Assembly (NCBI GenBank): GCA_040954595.2
Contig: CM082585.2
Location: 3,254,902-3,318,901, forward strand
Source of the DNA: Balanoglossus misakiensis
Lineage: Eukaryota; Animalia; Hemichordata
Length of the DNA stretch: 64,000 nucleotides
Reading direction: 5' to 3'
The first letter of the stretch is position 1; every line of letters begins with the position of its first letter. Shown here piece by piece: positions 61,001 through 64,000 of this stretch. The notes beneath the pieces are model-generated. The model ran no database searches and was not told the DNA's origin. It saw nothing but the letters and a program-made list of their open reading frames with translations. The position numbers and the translations under genes were made by a program.

Positions 61001-63843
61001 AGCTTGGTGATCTTATCGAAAAGCTGAGGTACACTCATCGAAAAGAGGGTGCTCTCATCGAAAAGCTGGGGTACTCTCATCGAAAAGAGGGTGCTCTCAT
61101 CGAAAAGAGGGGCGCTCTTTAATCGAAAAGAGGGTGTTCTCATCGAAAAGTGAATACTGTAATCGAAAAGCTGAGGTACTCTCATCGAAAAGCGGGTGCT
61201 CTCATCGAAAAGCTTGGTGCTAATTTTGGCACTTTTTTACACTCCATATAAGGCTGCATCAGGAGTCCCATCTCTCCAAATGCCTAGGCTGAATCTGCTG
61301 GGGATGCCGAGATATGGGGAAAGTAAGTCAAAGGTCATCTGAGGTCACCTTAAATTTTGGCAAGAAATTTTGATTCCATACTGGTCCATGCCCAATAAAA
61401 ACCAAACCTCTAGCCCTTTTGGTTAGCCTGTAATTAGGAATGCACATAATTAATGACTTAGGCAGGTGTTACGGGTGACCCCAGAATTTGGCATTTTATT
61501 ATGGTCCCTTCCCTCCAAACGCCAAAGCTGTACCTGCCCTGGATGCCGAGATATCGGAAAGTAGGTTAATGGTCGCCTAAGGTCACTCAAAAATTGGACA
61601 TGAAATTTTGTTCCCATAATGGTTTATGTCCAATAAAAACCAAACCTCTAGCCCTTTTGTTTAGCCTGGAATTAGGTATGCACATAATTAATAAGTTAAG
61701 CAGGTGCCACAGATCGCTTTGGCCCCTAAAAGGGTAAAAACTGATGGAAACAGTCGCCACTGCGCTGCTTGAGGTCTTCATTCCGTTACATCGGGTATTT
61801 CACGTCTTACATTTTAGTCAATTCATCTCCCTTTGTGTCGCTTGACCCTGTTTCAAACAGCGAATCACAACTTAATGTATGATTTGGGTATACAGATACA
61901 ATTGCATAATAAGAAACCCATCTGCTAGAACATAGAATGTGCTGAGGTGAAATGAGAGACTGTTAGTGTATTTGATTTGTTGAATCACTGTTGTTTTCCT
62001 TCATTAAAAGACCTCTACGTGGAAATTGGCTTGGATTTCAACAAGTCGGAAAATCAACAAGAGAAGGAATCCAATGGTGATTTGATAAGCGGTCAGGATG
62101 AAGAAGCTGCTAAGAATCGCTGTACAGAACAGTTCAAGAGAAACGCAAGTAAAGTGGTGCATGAAGACAGTCAGGAACTACGGAAAATATGTGAAAAGTC
62201 GACAACTGGAATCCATCGAGTGCCAACTTTAAGTCTAGGGTCCCTTGGAATGAAAGTCAACTTTCTCTCGGCTGTAAATCTCTATAGATTTAGGTCCAGC
62301 TGTCAGACTGGTAGATTTTGTTCTGCTCTTGAACCGCTGTTGATCAATGATGAAATGAGAATGGAGGTCGCGATAGTGAACATGCCGGTTAAACTAGTAG
62401 CCACATATGACCAGAAAAAGTTCAGCGACATTGACCATTTCTTTATCAAACGTAAGTAAAAGTACGAAGTCGTGAATAACTTGAAACTGCCATGCATTCT
62501 ATATCAGATTTTTATCGCTGGTATTATGGCGTCATGCGAATATCTACTGTCTTTTTGTATGCCAGTTAAATGATGTAATTCTACCACTATCATTTACAAG
62601 GTAATTAACTGGTGCATGATAAATAGTCAATATATTATCTCAATGCTGTTTGTAAAACAGGAGACGGAGGAGTTCCAAACGAAGCTCAAATCAATGAGGG
62701 TCGACAAGATAATTTGAGAGGTGGAGAAACATTCCCATCAGACACATGTGTGAGTATCCATATCAGGCATGGTTTCAATCATCCAAATACCAATTTACTC
62801 GCTCAACCTGAATGTTTAAGAATTGTAGTAAAAAGTTTAAGTTTGAAAACCACTGAAAAATCAAACCAGGATCTCGATGTTTTATGACGATACCTTTGCG
62901 TTTAAGGCGTATGAAGTTACTGTGAGAGGCACACTTTACTTCTTCAAGAAATGTGGTGGAAAATGACAATTCCCCCTATTTATTATTTTTTTAAAGTGTT
63001 GTCATAGGAATCATATTATAAAATAGCCTTACACATTACATAACTATTTGTAGGACCACACAAATCCATTAAGGATTTTTTAGTTGTAATACATAATATT
63101 CACCACACAAATTAACCCATTTATAGCATTTTGGAGTTCGCATAATATGTGGTATGTTTTATACAATTATATGATGATTGTTATATACGTTTTCTTCTCG
63201 TTAAGGTCGCCGTTGATACTGTCACACTTCAACAAGACAATGAAGATGAGATATCATTGGAAGGTAGGCTACTGTGGATGGTCAATAATCTGCACAGATG
63301 ATCATGAGATTTGGTATCTTTTCACTTCATATTATTCAAAAGTAGTTTTTTTATAATCAAACTGCTTCAAAATGTAAGCTTATTGATATGGTATGGGTAA
63401 CAGATAAGTTTCGTGTCATACTTTAAATTTACGGTACCAAATATTTTGCAACCGGGTTGTGAATCTGGGTTGTCTTGAATGCTTTGCTGAGATAGAAATA
63501 TGCTGATAATGTGCTCAAATGCCAGATGAAACTGTAAGCAGACTCTGAACACTTTACTGTGTTTTGTTTTCTAAAAAATGTATTTTTGTATTCTATCCAG
63601 GTAAGCGGGGGTTATATTTGAAAATTAGCCCCTCACGTCATCAGTTGGCCGTGACACATTTGCCTCAAATTTTCAAAACTGGGCCTTGGATTCAAACTGA
63701 ACAGAGTGGAATACTTCAGACTGAAATCCAGATGACAAACAGGGTACAGAGAATCCTATTCTCAAAACAGGAAATACTTTCATTACTTGGCATTAAAGAA
63801 TTCCTTCTGACTGATACTGACTTTGAAGAGCTGGCTGTTTCAG
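58080..63843 (+). CDS. Glycosyltransferase (GT-B/GT4-like) domain protein with probable TRADD-N-like domain; 3' incomplete
   Basis: Phase-consistent exons 58080-59289, 62011-62451, 62661-62749, 63206-63263, 63601-63843. GT4-like motifs VLFVSSSW...GL, ADVVASIGP, GFEGLEAMTTGVPTFV. Exon 2 has GSLGMKV...NLYRF...GRFCSALEPLLI. Confidence 0.75.
59542..61248. mobile_element. Foldback-type element with modular inverted terminal arrays (TATGG...CCATA, IS3EU-like ends)
   Basis: Outer TIR TATGGAGTGTAA...TGCCAAAATTAGCACCAAGC. About 15 units of CTTTTCGATGAGAG(C/T)ACC (21-23 bp) at the left, inverted at the right. TSD not preserved. Confidence 0.8.
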
Positions 63844-63907
63844 GTAATTAACATTCTTCTCATTGGTACTGTTGTTATTAGTATTACTTTGCGTTTACTA
63901 TCTGTTG

Positions 63908-64000
63908 TTAGGTGCCATTGGTATGTACCATGGGACCTTATGAAATCAGTTGCGTCTGTATGTATGTATGTATGGATGGATGTATGTCAGTATGTCCGTC
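63908..64000 (+). mobile_element. Probable 5' end of another HINE-type element
   Basis: TTAGGTGCCATTGG...CCATGGGACC short inverted repeat followed by (TGTA)n; cut by the window edge. Confidence 0.4.

Overview
Eukaryotic, AT-rich, intron-containing animal DNA. Gene and transposon content suggests a marine invertebrate deuterostome such as a hemichordate; this is inference. Host genes: (i) a 14-exon minus-strand VWD/EGF (VWDE-like) type-I membrane protein gene (324-16072) with a GC-AG intron; (ii) tandem segmental duplications (~30.2-57.8 kb) carrying broken TRIM-NHL copies; (iii) the 5' part of a plus-strand gene with a GT-B/GT4-like domain and a probable TRADD-N-like domain (58080 onward). 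The rest is mostly transposons: a young chromodomain Gypsy element, two solo LTRs, an RTEX-like LINE, Kolobok-, Harbinger- and IS3EU-like MITEs and Helentron-type non-autonomous elements. The most striking signal is a set of four elements whose end sequences are unrelated but share one end architecture. Two encode intact Crypton/DUF3504-type tyrosine recombinases, one is non-autonomous and one is a relic. The architecture is a TTAT left end, an internal complement of that end, and directly after it a 120-190 bp terminal hairpin whose unpaired positions repeatedly read CTCG on the element strand. In the two complete elements the internal site is nearly complementary to the joined right+left ends (TCATA|TTAT), like the ICR of DIRS elements but with no reverse transcriptase. 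This suggests, by inference, a folded single-stranded DNA recombination substrate. Paralogous empty sites inside the window fix the boundaries of the two complete elements.
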